From Piedraia hortae CBS 480.64 (lineage: Eukaryota): 64,000 bases of DNA. The position numbers were made by a program, and so were the translations under genes. Under the pieces are notes generated by a model, which saw only the letters and a list, made by a program, of their open reading frames with translations, was not told the DNA's origin and searched no databases. Of this stretch, positions 11,960 to 23,807 are shown piece by piece. Positions within the stretch are counted from its first letter, which is position 1. Every line of letters begins with the position of its first letter. The DNA lies in NCBI GenBank assembly GCA_010093745.1, contig MU005992.1, forward strand, positions 1 to 64,000, given 5' to 3'.

Positions 11960-12480
11960 GGGAACAATAAGATGTCTGTTTTGGCGTTTTATTTAGTATG
12001 TAAGACTTGGCCTCTGCAGATTACTAATTCTCTACAAATAAACCTACTCCTCTTGCAATGCTGCTGTTATTGTGCATTGTATGGTCCGTTCCTGAGATTT
12101 CCATATGTTCCCAAGTTTCGTTGCATCCGACTCTACGGGGTGATGTTGTTTGAAGATGAACGACGTCATGCATGCGTCGCACACAAACAGGTCCTAAGTC
12201 CCCAAGAAATAGATTTTCTGGATTTCGGGCGTCGTAGAAAATATGGGCTGGCCCCTAACACTCTTGTTTTTTTGAAAGTCGACTATGTTCATTCCTTTAC
12301 TGCGAGTGTCACTACGAACGAATGTCTTGGTCACTACATTCCGACCATCCTTGCACCTGCTGTAGCGACATGGCTTATAAATCAGGGGTCTGATACTACC
12401 TCATCCCGTATGTTGGGTACTGAAGGATCAGTGTAGTACAGTATTTTTCCGTCATAATTCTTCGAGCCTTCAGGATGCAC
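11960..12480 (-). mobile_element. Ty1/copia GAG-pre-integrase/integrase relic
   Basis: Decayed WHxRLGH-like segment, FVCDACM, ATKLG...GPY in the expected order; many stops. Confidence 0.4.
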
Positions 12481-12662
12481 CCGGAGCAGTAGATCACAAG
12501 TGCTCCAAATTACTGGCAGGCCCGGCTCTATTATAGATGCCTTGACGCTTTGCTCTTGGGAAACCTCCTCGGGAAGCCTGAGGGATCAGTAGAATTGGAA
12601 CGATGCACGTCTTTCCCAATACCCTCTGCCTCGATCCTGACTGCGTTGACCGAGGGAATAAT

Positions 12663-12793
12663 TAGTGAATATAGGAATGCGAAGTGACATGAAGGACAAT
12701 GTTGTTGCTGCTCCCCTTTTTTCAAGACTCTAGAGAGATGAGGTTACTAGTCACCCTAGCCCTATCGAGACTGGCTCCCGACTAACATCAACA
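12663..12793 (-). mobile_element. Short solo-LTR-like element, family N, copy 1 (131 bp)
   Basis: Homologous to 25463-25745 without its nested insert; TGTTGA...CACTA on the minus strand; TSD ATAAT/GTAAT. Confidence 0.75.
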
Positions 12794-13281
12794 GTAATGT
12801 CATCTCCCACTCGCTTGATTGCTGCTATTGCCGAGTTGCATCGCGGATACGGAGCACCTTGTAGCAGACCAAAGGCGAATGCACCAGTCGATTCCCCGGG
12901 AACTGGAGTTTGAATTTCGATCTTATTTGGCCACTTTCTACAGGACTCTGTGCTCGTGGTCCATAATATTGGAGTCTGATGCTACCTGTCTTCGAAAGAC
13001 TCCTCATTCATGACTCGCTACAAAATTTGTGGAGGAATTTCGATGTCGCACTGGATGCAACAATTCTCCATCAATTCGGGCTGAGCTGACGAAAAGCCGT
13101 CAATAAGACCTACCTTTTGGGCGTCGCTCAAACAGATTTCTGGCGTCAAAGACCAGCTACGAAGAGGCGGTGAGTGGCGGTAAGAATGTCTGTCCAATCT
13201 GGGTGTCATGATTCGTGACCACAGTGACTGCCTGGTTGGGACATACAGTAACAAGGCAGTCCGCGATGCTGGCCAGTTCAA

Positions 13282-13566
13282 TGGCACTGCCTCTGACTAT
13301 CAAAAGGAGAGATTGATCTACTCACATCACTTCGAGATTGGTGAATGGTGACGCAGTCAACAGTGTGTGAGATACCTCACTATGGAATCCGTCTGAAGTC
13401 CAGAGAAGGCTTGCACTGCAAGACTGCTCTAACTCTCTTCCCGGCCCGAATGGCATTCGCCGTGACAACGTCCTTTGACGTAACCACGCTCCAGGGGAAA
13501 CATCCTCCATGAGATAAAAACCCTGGAGAGTCCGGTGCTCTATCGACCTAAGGCTGGCGTTTGACA
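13282..13566 (-). mobile_element. Solo LTR, family D (285 bp)
   Basis: Inverted high-identity copy of 46776-47060, same length, TG...CA ends (TGTCAAACGCC shared). Confidence 0.8.
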
Positions 13567-13567
13567 G

Positions 13568-13683
13568 AGTTAAAGAGGACGAACTGATAGTGTGAGTACA
13601 CTGAGACTCAAATATATGTATAGTTATCTATACTGCATTAATGAGGGGACGTTGTTCATGGTCATCACGTGACACATCCTTCA
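13568..13683. repeat. Short LTR-like repeat, family M, copy 2
   Basis: Aligns with 9477-9598 and 22738-22856; abuts the family D LTR. Confidence 0.7.
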
Positions 13684-13826
13684 ACTGACAATGACTAAAC
13701 CGTCGCCACTGCTCGCTAGCGCTGTTTCTGATTGTTCCGTTGCTCTTTTTTGCGCGCGGACAAGTCATAATGGTAGATCTCGGGAAGACGCTGCTATTAA
13801 TCGTTCATGACCAGAACACCGCTTCG

Positions 13827-14178
13827 TGTAGCGATAAGGTTCACGTTGATGGGAGTGCGCAGCGGCCCGAAGAGGACGAAGCGATAGATGGAAACAGGGA
13901 CAGGACAGATGCAGATGGATTTGAGTCAATACCAGTGTCGATATCACAGTGTGAATGACTATCTATATCAAAATGAGGGGACGTTCAGAATATAAATTCT
14001 GCACCGGTGGGCCGGTAACGTCTCGTCGTACACTAGCAGGGCGCATTCGCCCTGTCACATATGACATGACCCTGAGGGAAAACCTCTGTGAAGGAAAAAA
14101 CTTAGGGTGGAGCCGGTAGTGCAGAAGGTATTGCTGACTTGCTATGCGAGTGCCCCGCATACGCGCTAGCGGCCAACA
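13827..14178 (-). mobile_element. Solo LTR, family E
   Basis: TGTAGCGAT...CCAACA; near-identical over about 310 bp to 24272-24635; flanks do not match. Confidence 0.85.
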
Positions 14179-14431
14179 TCTGCTTCTCAAATGCATCTGG
14201 ATAAAAGCGAGTTCCGTTAGAAGCAGACAGTATAAAAACATGATAAGTTTCGTCAGATTTTCTTTCCTCTGTGATCAGATTCTATAATTCGTGGTTTCCC
14301 CTTACCATGCCTCCATTTTTTACCTGACAGCGGTGTGACAGTGCAGTATTGTTAGGGGGGATGTGTGCCTGGGGAAAGGTCAACGCCCCGGAAGACAAGG
14401 TTGATACCCCTACAGAAGAGCGGAAAGGGAG

Positions 14432-14557
14432 TGTTGATACACGACTCTACTGGTTCAAAACGATTGTGTTCTTTATCTCTCCTGCTGCTCTAGAGCTCCA
14501 ACAATTCGCTCGGGGTGATTTTACGTCATAGATATGACGTAGCAACGTTGGCCAACA
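14432..14557. mobile_element. Candidate 126-bp solo LTR
   Basis: TGTTG...CAACA ends, flanks GGGAG/GAGAG, internal palindrome TACGTCAT-AGAT-ATGACGTA; single copy in window. Confidence 0.35.
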
Positions 14558-15252
14558 GAGAGGAACTAAATACTAGAAGAGCACGACCAGCGTGTAGGGG
14601 CCAAGCCTCATCGACTCGGGACGGTCCCAGTCCGTCGGGCCGTAACAAGTATGAGAAGCAAATGTTGAAGTTGTAGTAGTGCACCAGCTGGTATTGCAAA
14701 TTCCAAGTGCGGTGGGTATTGTTAAACCGAGGGTAATAGAGAAGAAGGCGAAGTGGAATGATGAGAAGATTGAAATATAGGCCAGACCTTTGGCCTGGAT
14801 AAAAGACCCGCCACGCTGGATTTCAACTAATACGTTGATCAGTTACCGATGCTGGATAATACCTCTGTAGACGCCATCAAATTGACGGTCAGACCGATTC
14901 ACCTGTAGGCTTAAACGCACTGTGAACATCTCTCGGAACAAGTCTGAAGCGAAAGCCACGTCAAATTTTTCCACCGACTCCAGAACCTTTTCCCAGCCGG
15001 CAAGGCTGCATTTCAACACCACCCTCCCACCTCAAAAGTCAAGTCTCTTCACAACAAGTATTTCTCTCAAACCTGGCCCGCCACCCATGTGGAAACTAAG
15101 CATTTGCCCAGGTGAAAGCGGATCCATTCAGGTCAATCGATAGCCATGGCTTGAACAGATTTTCTGCTTCCTCTTCCTATTTTCTTTCCACAAACATCTC
15201 TCTCCACTGACAACCTTGCCTCACTCCAACACAACCCTCACTTTCAACAACA

Positions 15253-17580
15253 ATGCCTTCACTACGCAGACAAACCAGAAGCACTGTCAGTGCGGTATGC
15301 CGCACGGCGAGGCAGAAGTCGATGCGGTTTTTCAAGACGAGAAAGGCCACTGTCGCCCATGGCAATCAGTCGGTCATGGACATGGCCAACAATGAGGTCA
15401 ATCCCTACAATGGCTCGGTTACCGCTATGTCGGCCTCCAAGTACAACCCCCTCTTGGCGGCCACTAAGAGCCGTCTCGGCAAGCTTTGCCGCCGCGGAGA
15501 ACGCGTCAATCTCTTCACAATCAGCAGTGTCCATTCCCCTGCCACGGCTATCGTGGGCGATTTTGCTACGGAGCCAGTTCATGTGAACTCAGGCCAGCAG
15601 TCTCCGCTCGGAGATGTGGCTCCGAAAGACGAAACCATCCTGGAATGCATTGACGATGCTCAGAAGCATACGATGCTGAGGGATGAGCAATCCGCTGCCA
15701 GTATGACGGAGAATCTAGTTTCGGAAGAATTGGGCTAGTATACGCAAGCAGTCGATCAGCAAGGTGGCTAGACTCATCATGGCGAGTCGGGGAACGGTTC
15801 GGAAGGTAAGAGTGCGCTCGTCCCGGGCTCTCTGGTGGCTGGAGATCCTTCCGTGGAGTCCGCCAAGGGTAAAGAAAGTAATGCCAGTCTCTCAGCCAAA
15901 GAGCCAGAGGACGAGATTGCTGCCGTATCTGAACAGGCCTACAACGCCATTCATGTCATGGTTGACAATCGTCCCACTGACTCAGTGCCCTCCGAAAAGG
16001 AATGCGGAAAAGCCACTTCCGCTGAGGACTATAAGGATGAGTCCAACGAGCAGCAACAGACAGATGAGCAGCCCGTTATCAATAAGGCGGAGCATCCACT
16101 CTCGCAAGAATCCGGTGAGGGTACGCAAGCAGTCGGTCAGCAAGATGACCAGACTCCGTCTTATATCGGTTTGGAGGATCAGGCTGCGCTCGTCCCGGCC
16201 TTTCCGGTTGTTGGTGGACTTTCCTTGGAAGCCTCCAAGGAGGAAGGGCGTCATGTTGACCCCTATGTTGGAGAGGCCAAAGGCGACAACATTCTCAACT
16301 CGCAGCCCGCCGACTGTACTGTTCATCCCAAGGACTAGAGTCGTGACACTGGCATTGCCACCTCCAGCGAAGAGAGTAAGCTCTCCCAAGCAGCTATTAA
16401 GGAGGCGAAAGGGTAGTTGCCACTGATGGCAAGATGGATGGAACTGATGAACACCTGCAGTAGGCAGAAGGACAGCCAAAGCAGACAGTGAACGGCGACG
16501 CCTCCGAAGCGATACTCACGCCTTTTGCATCCGGCGTCAAAGACGATGGGATGACTGCTGTAAACGGAGACACATGATCGCGTATCGACAGCGCCCGCAC
16601 CAGCAGCGAGAGCACGAAGCCGACCGTGGCAGTTCAACCCGAACTCGCTGCCCGACAACTAAACCTACAGCGACATCCACGCCCCATCAACCTTGAAGCG
16701 GCAAGGATGGGATGACTGCTGATGCTTAGAATAAAGCGCCGGCTGGCAACACCAGCAGCGAGGCCATAAAGGCCACCGCGGCAGATGATAGATCCAAAAC
16801 CGCCGCCAAGAAAGGCCACAAGAATGAACGAAAGCAGGCCAATGACATAGGCTCCCAAGCCCTTCCAGACGATTTCCCTGAGAATATGCCTCGGGTACAT
16901 TCCGGCCCGCTCTCAAAATTCTCGCATATGGAAACATCTGTGGCGGAGGGACCCCATTCGGCTGAAATAGTGCGTGCTCCGCATATTTCCATTAAGAAGT
17001 TCTTGAAAATCAAGATACATGGCAAAACAATATATGGACGAAATTAGCCCAAGAATGGGATGCCGGTGGAAGAAACCAACATCCTTTCGAATGGGAAGAT
17101 CAGCTCCCGGTTCCAGTCGGAAAGAATGAACTGTTGGTCGAAAAATCTAAGGCCAAGAAATGGATGCAGGTGGGAGATAAAGCCGCAGGAAAGGGTGTCA
17201 AGTGAGAGGGCGAGAATCTTCAGAATGTTCGCGAAGTGGCAGATAAAGCTGCAGAAACAGGTGTCAAGTGCGAGAACAAGGCTCTAATAGTTGTTCATGA
17301 GACGGCCGTGCTGAAGGCAGAACATGTCCACGCTATCGGGGAGAAGGGCGCTCCGCATCAAGCCAATTGTCGGGAGTAAAGCGGACTGCATGAAGCCATA
17401 CGCGGGTTGCAGGTTACAGAGGCCACCTGTAAAGCAGGTCATAAGAGTCATGAGAGCGAAGAGAATGCCTCTACCGAGTTGTGCGCGCTGCGTCTGGCCA
17501 TGTGTGTGTTTTTCGGCATGGCGCTGATTAAATGCTTTTAGACGTGGGTGCTCTTTCGGGCTGATGGTGGAACAACATGA
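15253..17580 (+). pseudogene. Pseudogene of a long acidic low-complexity protein with hydrophobic C-terminus
   Basis: ORFs 15253-15738 and 15835-16338 are in the same frame, separated by TAG codons; internal repeats (GATGGGATGACTGCTG twice); tail LRLAMCVFFGMALIKCF. Confidence 0.55.
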
Positions 17581-18129
17581 CGAATACCTTTGGTTTTCTA
17601 CTTGTCTCTCTTTTTCCTCGTAATTAGGTTCGGCGTTCCGTGATTGCGTCTCTAATTATAGGACGGTGAGACAGTGCAGTATGAGTTTCAACCGTTAAAA
17701 TTGTTGAAGAAGAGCCCTGTTAGAGGGTGAGGAAATAATTCATACCTCAGTAGAGAGCAAAGTGAATATCTCTAGTTAAGTGATGTTCTGGGAGGAAACC
17801 TTACTGACTAGATATACGAGATGATTTCGTCCTCAAATCCTTTCATATAATCATCTCCTTTATTCGGAGACGAATCCGGTCTCAACAACCCTTCCGCAAG
17901 CGGCAGACTTCTGACAAGCCCATCTCATCCACTCCAGAAAGATGCTAACCCATGAAAGCGGAAGCAAAATGAAATACGCTCTGAGATTGCATGTAAGGTG
18001 ATAGGAGCGACCATCATCACTATCGTATGTCTGTATGGAAAGCAGCCACTCTGAGAGCGATTAAATACGATACACAAGGATAAATGAAGCGACTGAGTCT
18101 ATTACCCAAGCCATGCATAGATTCCCCGA

Positions 18130-21100
18130 TCACAAAACCAGCATTTCACTAGTGATGGCATCAGCCCTTTCAGGATTGACAGCGAGTAAAGCCATTTGCT
18201 GCATAGCAAGAGCCGCTTCACGAGCGAAACCTTGATATCCATTTCTAGCATTCCGCACCACACTATCCATCTTCAAAACCTTTTTATAGCGAGGAAGTGC
18301 CAGATGCGTCAGACCGAGCCCATGATAAGCTCGCGCAACATTGTAAGTAGCTTCCTGCACATCGCATGGATTGCCACTGCGGGTGCACAGGTCGTAATAT
18401 TGCCCTAGAAATGCAAGACCTTGCACGATACCGGCGTGTCTGTTGTTAGTAGACCTTTTCATGCAATTTGCCATGTGAGATACGGCAATGCAAAGACATA
18501 TCGACGCGTTTTCTGGCTGGAGTGCTAGGGCACGGAGGTAGTAAGGCAGTGCGGCATTGGGGTGGTTATTGCAGATGACAATGGTATGGCCATAAAGTGC
18601 CAGAATTCCAGCATCTAGCTCACCGTTGCCTTCGCCCAAATTCACCAAGCGACTTTCCAGTGCTGTGATCTGCACTTGGTAGTCAATTTGGTTGCGTATG
18701 TCTGGCGGCAGCAAGTTGTAGTCCATAAACTTGATCATGCGGGCCATGAATTTTAGCAGTCTGCCATCACCGCCCCATGTCGGGCCGTAAGTTAGCCTGT
18801 TTGTTGCAGCCAGAAGTTGGTAAGGTTCACCTGCACGATAGTCACCGCGTTTGACGAACTCTCGTCCGAGATCTGTGGCAAAGCTGCTATCGTTGAACAT
18901 CATTGCGCAGCAGAGGGCGGCTGAAAGGCTAATGGAGTGAAGCTCACTCTTGCAGTAAAATACGTTGGCCGTAAACATGACATTTTTCAGCAGATCGTAG
19001 CATGAGGATTGATCTGCACGTTTGGCGTAAAGCAGCGCCAGGTCAACAAACAAGTGATGCCATTCCGGAAATTGAATGCTGTGGAAGTCATCGGGGATGT
19101 TGCTTGGAGTTTCACTCTCCGCCTCTTCATCCTCATCATCTTCGGCTCGCAAGCGACTCAACATGCTCACGGCTGTCCTCACTTCCTCACTTGGTCCCTT
19201 TTTCCTGCCGCGTTTTTGGTACCCTGTAAATGGTCGTACTCTTTTAGCGCTAGGGAAGAATACATCCATATTACGAAAGGCAGTGGCCATAGCCGCAGCG
19301 GCAGCCATCCAACGATCAACATTAGCATCTTCAAAATCCCCTTCCTCGATAATGGGCCACAGCTCTTTCACTGTCTTATAGTGTGTCCGAACCATTCCTT
19401 GATCCAGCTCCATTCGCTGTAGACGCGTCTCCACCCTTTCCCCATTGAACAAGGTTGCCCCCCTATACCCACGACGCCCTGCTACGCTGGACGGAGACAT
19501 GCCGGTTCGCAAGGGTCTTCTCTGTTTACGGAGCTTGTTTGCCTCGCCGCTTGATTTATTACCCTGATCGGCGTTGATGGCTGCTAAATGCTTCACTTCC
19601 ATACCCAACATAATTGCCTCTTCCACGCGACCCATGCCTTCGTACAGTTTAGCAAGCTCTAGGCGAGCGGCAATGTGGCCTGGAGCGAGGCGGATGACCT
19701 CGTCAAATGTCTCCTCAGCCTCTTTCGTGCAAGACACCTGAGCGTAGCATTGGCCCATGTTGAGAAGAAACATCTCATCACTTATTTCCCATAGTTCCTG
19801 AACGATTGTGTAAAATTTCAAAGCCTCATTCCACAGTTTGCTGTTCTTGAGCCGGTCAGCCACGTTCAAGAACAAAAGATAGGCTTCGTCGTCGAGTTCA
19901 GACTCAGGGGACGTGAGTAGATGGTTCAGGTGATAGAGCCCTTCGTTAAAGTGCTGTTCGCCCATGCTGATCCGGATCAACCCTAGCTTTGCGCGTATCT
20001 GCAAGGGCAGCGATTTTCCGTACTTGTTCAGATCTTGTGAGGCCTGGCCTTGTTCGAACTCAGGAACTTGATGCCGGCGCTTATTGTCGATGTCAAATTC
20101 ACAGTCATTATCCTCGTATTTGTCCCAAAACGCCTCCTCTTCGCGGCCAAGCGTCCATCTTGCCAAGCATTTGAGGATAGCCAACGCCTTCTGAGCGTGG
20201 CTTGGACCCTTTTTCTCAAGAAGTTCGATATACAGATTGATGTGTGTCCACTGGACTGGACCCTCGGCGAAGTGTTCGTTGCCCTGGTGTGCCTCGAAAG
20301 CCTTTTCATATGCCTCAATTGCACTGTCAATCTCCTGGGGATTTGTGCTCTGTGCGCTTAATTGAGCGTAATAGCCAACATTTTCCATGTCACCAGGGTT
20401 AAAATAGAGCATATGCTTGCTTGTTCTCCTTGCATCGCTTGTTTTCCCCAAGGTTATCTGCAAGTCGCGCTTTCCAACTCGTGCTTGGTAATTCAGCGCC
20501 TTTTTCTCATCCGTCGTCGCCTGCTTTGATAAGGCTACAGCACTCCTGTACGCCGAAAGGGCCTGTGTTAACATTTGTTCGTCTCCATCCTCTCCAGCAA
20601 TGTCTAGAGTCCGCTCAGCAATCTCAATCCATGTTTCAGCATCACGTCGGACCTTATCGCTGGCTGTTAAAGCTGTTAGAGAAGCTTTTTTATCACCTTG
20701 GCGAAGGTAAATGTCAGAGAGAAGGCGGTGGGCATCAAAGATCGCGGGGTTTGTCTCAATGGCAAGAAGAACTTGTTCCATGGCATCGTCGTTTCGTTTC
20801 TGCATGTAGGCAGTACATGCTCTTTTAAAGTGGTCAGTGTAGACTGGGCCTGGGTCGACTTCCTTTCGACGCCTCGGCCTTCTGTATCTTCCCTGCTCTT
20901 TCATGATCCTTCTTTCCTCGGCTCTTTCCTTGGCCCTTATCCTAGCAGGGTCATGCTCTGTGCCTTTTAGAGCCCATTTGTAACCGCGAGAGCGGCGGCT
21001 CGGTGTCCGTCTGGAGAGATTCTCAGGCTCTGTATTTGATCTAGTTTTTGGACGTTTTGCTGGCCTTCCATAGCCAAGATCGTCACTGTCTCTTGAGTTC

Positions 21101-21441
21101 CAGAAGTCGTTTGACCTTCGCAGAGACCGATCGATAGATGGTCCATCAACAGCAGATTCGCGGACAACACTGCCTCCAACCTGCTGTACGTTCTTTGAAC
21201 CTCTGTAACCAGGAAATTCGGGTTCTGACAAGCTCTCTTGTTCCTCTTCAGATGGGCCATACTCCGTGTCTTCATCATCCGGTCCTCGAAGGGCGGGATC
21301 GATCATCATCCGCTTTGTAGGGATCACCCGTGGCTGATCATTGTTTGAGTCGCTGCTGGATTCAGCGAAATCCGGGTCCGAGTATTCATCTCCTTCAAGC
21401 TCAGATTCCTGACGTTCATATCCACGGCCTGATTGCGTCAT
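18130..21441 (-). CDS. TFC4: RNA polymerase III transcription factor TFIIIC subunit tau131
   Basis: 1103-aa ORF; acidic N-terminus, TPR arrays, C-terminal RSTNNRHAGIVQGLAFL...QEATYNVARAYHGLGLTHLA. Confidence 0.9.
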   Translation of the reverse strand: MTQSGRGYERQESELEGDEYSDPDFAESSSDSNNDQPRVIPTKRMMIDPALRGPDDEDTEYGPSEEEQESLSEPEFPGYRGSKNVQQVGGSVVRESAVDGPSIDRSLRRSNDFWNSRDSDDLGYGRPAKRPKTRSNTEPENLSRRTPSRRSRGYKWALKGTEHDPARIRAKERAEERRIMKEQGRYRRPRRRKEVDPGPVYTDHFKRACTAYMQKRNDDAMEQVLLAIETNPAIFDAHRLLSDIYLRQGDKKASLTALTASDKVRRDAETWIEIAERTLDIAGEDGDEQMLTQALSAYRSAVALSKQATTDEKKALNYQARVGKRDLQITLGKTSDARRTSKHMLYFNPGDMENVGYYAQLSAQSTNPQEIDSAIEAYEKAFEAHQGNEHFAEGPVQWTHINLYIELLEKKGPSHAQKALAILKCLARWTLGREEEAFWDKYEDNDCEFDIDNKRRHQVPEFEQGQASQDLNKYGKSLPLQIRAKLGLIRISMGEQHFNEGLYHLNHLLTSPESELDDEAYLLFLNVADRLKNSKLWNEALKFYTIVQELWEISDEMFLLNMGQCYAQVSCTKEAEETFDEVIRLAPGHIAARLELAKLYEGMGRVEEAIMLGMEVKHLAAINADQGNKSSGEANKLRKQRRPLRTGMSPSSVAGRRGYRGATLFNGERVETRLQRMELDQGMVRTHYKTVKELWPIIEEGDFEDANVDRWMAAAAAMATAFRNMDVFFPSAKRVRPFTGYQKRGRKKGPSEEVRTAVSMLSRLRAEDDEDEEAESETPSNIPDDFHSIQFPEWHHLFVDLALLYAKRADQSSCYDLLKNVMFTANVFYCKSELHSISLSAALCCAMMFNDSSFATDLGREFVKRGDYRAGEPYQLLAATNRLTYGPTWGGDGRLLKFMARMIKFMDYNLLPPDIRNQIDYQVQITALESRLVNLGEGNGELDAGILALYGHTIVICNNHPNAALPYYLRALALQPENASICLCIAVSHMANCMKRSTNNRHAGIVQGLAFLGQYYDLCTRSGNPCDVQEATYNVARAYHGLGLTHLALPRYKKVLKMDSVVRNARNGYQGFAREAALAMQQMALLAVNPERADAITSEMLVL

Positions 21442-22113
21442 CGTGTTGTGTTGTGGAGCAGTTTACCGCGATGTGGCTAATGTCGCATGTTGCGGACCGT
21501 CCCGATTCTGCATATGACATCATGCGACAGGTAGGGTGTTGTCCCGCGGAACACTTCCGCTGACCAATTTCGTTGAAAATTACATGTCATAAGTTGAAGT
21601 GTGCTACTACAAGGCGGTGACTAATGTCATGTCGATCGTATGATCGACATTGTTGTCGCTGATAGATTAGTTGTTTCTTGTACATAGTCCCGCCCGCCGG
21701 CTCGGGCGGGCCGTCGCGTTGTCTTTCTTTCATCGCTGTTTCCTGTCAACACCAGTGATAGCTGCTTTGTATCTAGTTCAGGCGCATGTACCCTTGCAGT
21801 CTCGCGAGAATATTCCGTCCATGCGATGTATGAGCTTGTGCCGCTGCAGAAACTACTGCAACTGTTATGATTGAGCAGCTTCATCGGAAGTGTGCAACGT
21901 GACTTGGGTTGTGGCTGGCGAGAAGAACGAGGTCAAGGCCTTTTGAGGAACATTAAGTCAAGTTCCTTACGGGCACATACTGAGTCCAGAACTATGGCCT
22001 AAATTTTGACAACTTTCAATTCAACATACTTAAGAAGTATGAGTATAATCACTGGCAATCCCGTCAAGTCTGGCAAAACAGCATCCATATGCTTGGTGAT
22101 TTTAGTCGGGAAC

Positions 22114-22237
22114 TGTTGTGAATATGCGGTATATTACACGCATTATTAGTAACCGGCGCTCGGCTCTCGACTTCACACGTCAACTAGTTTTCCGTAGAGA
22201 TTTGTATGCAGGTACATATCTACTCACAATTACAATA
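22114..22237 (+). mobile_element. Short solo-LTR-like element, family Q, copy 2 (124 bp)
   Basis: TGTTGT...ACAATA, perfect TSD GGAAC (22109-22113, 22238-22242); inverted copy at 90-213. Confidence 0.8.
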
Positions 22238-22439
22238 GGAACCAGTCCCAAATAGGGTTAGGACGACCGGTAACCTCACCTCCTCTAGAGTCTTGGTAGT
22301 AGGTAGCAACTGTCAGGGTACGCGTTAAAACTATGTTGTCGCGCGAGTAGATGGCTCCAGGCGCGCTACCTCTACTACAGAGAGCATCAACACTGTCGGC
22401 ATTAGTCGTGACAGTAACAACAAGATTGTCTTTCGTGTC

Positions 22440-22730
22440 ACCTCCAACTCCTATATTTACCTATTGCTTTCAGTAGTGAAGGATTTTGGTCTTCAACTCC
22501 TACAGCGCTCGAGTGTCGTCGCCCGAAACTCCAGATACTAGCATCTAGATGAATAGATGAGTGCGACGTAAACGGTCCCAGTAGTTGCATTCTAATGAAC
22601 TCTGTAGCGCGGGAAGGGCTTAAAATGATATAAGTGTGTCCTAAGACAACGCGATGGCGGCAGGCTCTATTCTCTGAACATGCAACATTTCTCATCCAGT
22701 ATACTAACCGTAGCTCCATGCTATCTCAAA
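22440..22730 (-). mobile_element. Ty1/copia integrase N-terminal relic
   Basis: SRATEFIRMQLLGPF resembles copia RATxxLELIHxDLxGP; adjacent to family M copy 3. Confidence 0.35.
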
Positions 22731-22737
22731 ATTCGAA

Positions 22738-22856
22738 TGAAGTTAAAGGGGACGAACTGATAGTGTGAGTACACTAAGACACGAATAATGGTATTATTAT
22801 ATGTCCTGCATACATGAAAGGACGTTGTACATGGTCATCACGTGACACATCCTTCA
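22738..22856. repeat. Short LTR-like repeat, family M, copy 3
   Basis: TGAAG...CTTCA terminal inverted repeat; aligns with copies at 9477 and 13568. Confidence 0.7.
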
Positions 22857-22914
22857 AACTAATGATCTCCTAGTGACAAGCCTGAGCTAACCTCACTACG
22901 TCTTCTAACCCCTA

Positions 22915-23346
22915 TTATCTTCCCAGGAATTGTATCATCCAATAAGCAAGCCTAGCACGCGACTCGTTGAGCTCTCTCAGCATCGCAGGGCTTTGTGGTT
23001 CTCCGTCAGGGGGAACATAGACGTAATCCATCATGTGTGGATCAGCATTGTCGTCGACAGGTTCCTTTGGTGCATAAACGTCAAACATATCTGACAGGTC
23101 CGCTTTCTCAATTAGTCTTGCAAGCTTGACAAACTGCCGTTCGCTGAGGCAAAATGGTCCCAAGTGCTTGGTGTAATAAGGCACAGCTGCAACTTCGATT
23201 ATGGCCCGTTGGAATTCGCTCAAGCATACGTTGCCGCCTCCGTAGCCTTCTGTAAAGAGTCCCGCCAAGTTGTTTTGCTGCACAGTTCTTCCATGCCCTG
23301 GTACCACTGCAGCAAGCAGTGCTATTGTAATGGCGAGGAGCTTCAT
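22915..23346 (-). CDS. Small secreted protein of unknown family, paralog 1
   Basis: 143 aa, signal-peptide-like N-terminus MKLLAITIALLAAVVPGHG; colinear with 50354-50800. Confidence 0.8.
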   Translation of the reverse strand: MKLLAITIALLAAVVPGHGRTVQQNNLAGLFTEGYGGGNVCLSEFQRAIIEVAAVPYYTKHLGPFCLSERQFVKLARLIEKADLSDMFDVYAPKEPVDDNADPHMMDYVYVPPDGEPQSPAMLRELNESRARLAYWMIQFLGR

Positions 23347-23696
23347 TGCTCTTCAGTGGAGCTGCGTGACGTTAAAGTGAAATCGGGACCAATGATGTAG
23401 GAAGACTTCTATGACGTAGTTAGCTTCTCAGCTAAAGACGTTGCGATGCATGTTTCTCTGAGACCCTACGTCGATGAAAGTTGAACGATCAGTACTTGCT
23501 GCCTTTGTTGCAAGTATAAAACTCCTAGACATTGTAGCAAGAATTCGAATTGCAATGACACCTTGCACATTCCGGGTTCTGGGATGTCAATCTTGAGTCT
23601 GTGAAGCTTACATACTCGGGTGCTAGAGACATGACTATTTATATCCTTGGCCACCAAGGATAAAGATTCAATCCTATCTATATACTAGCATGAGAT

Positions 23697-23807
23697 GGCC
23701 GGTTAGCTCAGTTGGTTAGAGCGTGGTGCTAATACGATCACCCTGAGATCTCCACGGGTTTCTGTTAGAATACGCCAAGGCCGAGAGTTCGAGCCTCTCA
23801 CCGGCTA
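23697..23807 (+). tRNA. tRNA-Ile(AAT) with 37-nt intron (23735-23771)
   Basis: GGCCGGT/ACCGGCT acceptor stem, TAGCTCAGTTGG A box, TGGTG-CTAATA..A-CGCCA anticodon arm, GAGAG-TTCGAGC-CTCTC T arm. Confidence 0.95.

Noticed and set aside
13575..13610. Hammerhead ribozyme in family M (CTGATAG-stem-GAGAC)
   Set aside because: Core is not CUGANGA...GAAA and differs between the three copies; stems I and III not found
18130..21700. Functional clustering of TFC4 with the 5S and tRNA genes, or B-box autoregulation
   Set aside because: No B-box seen upstream of TFC4; proximity is plausibly chance
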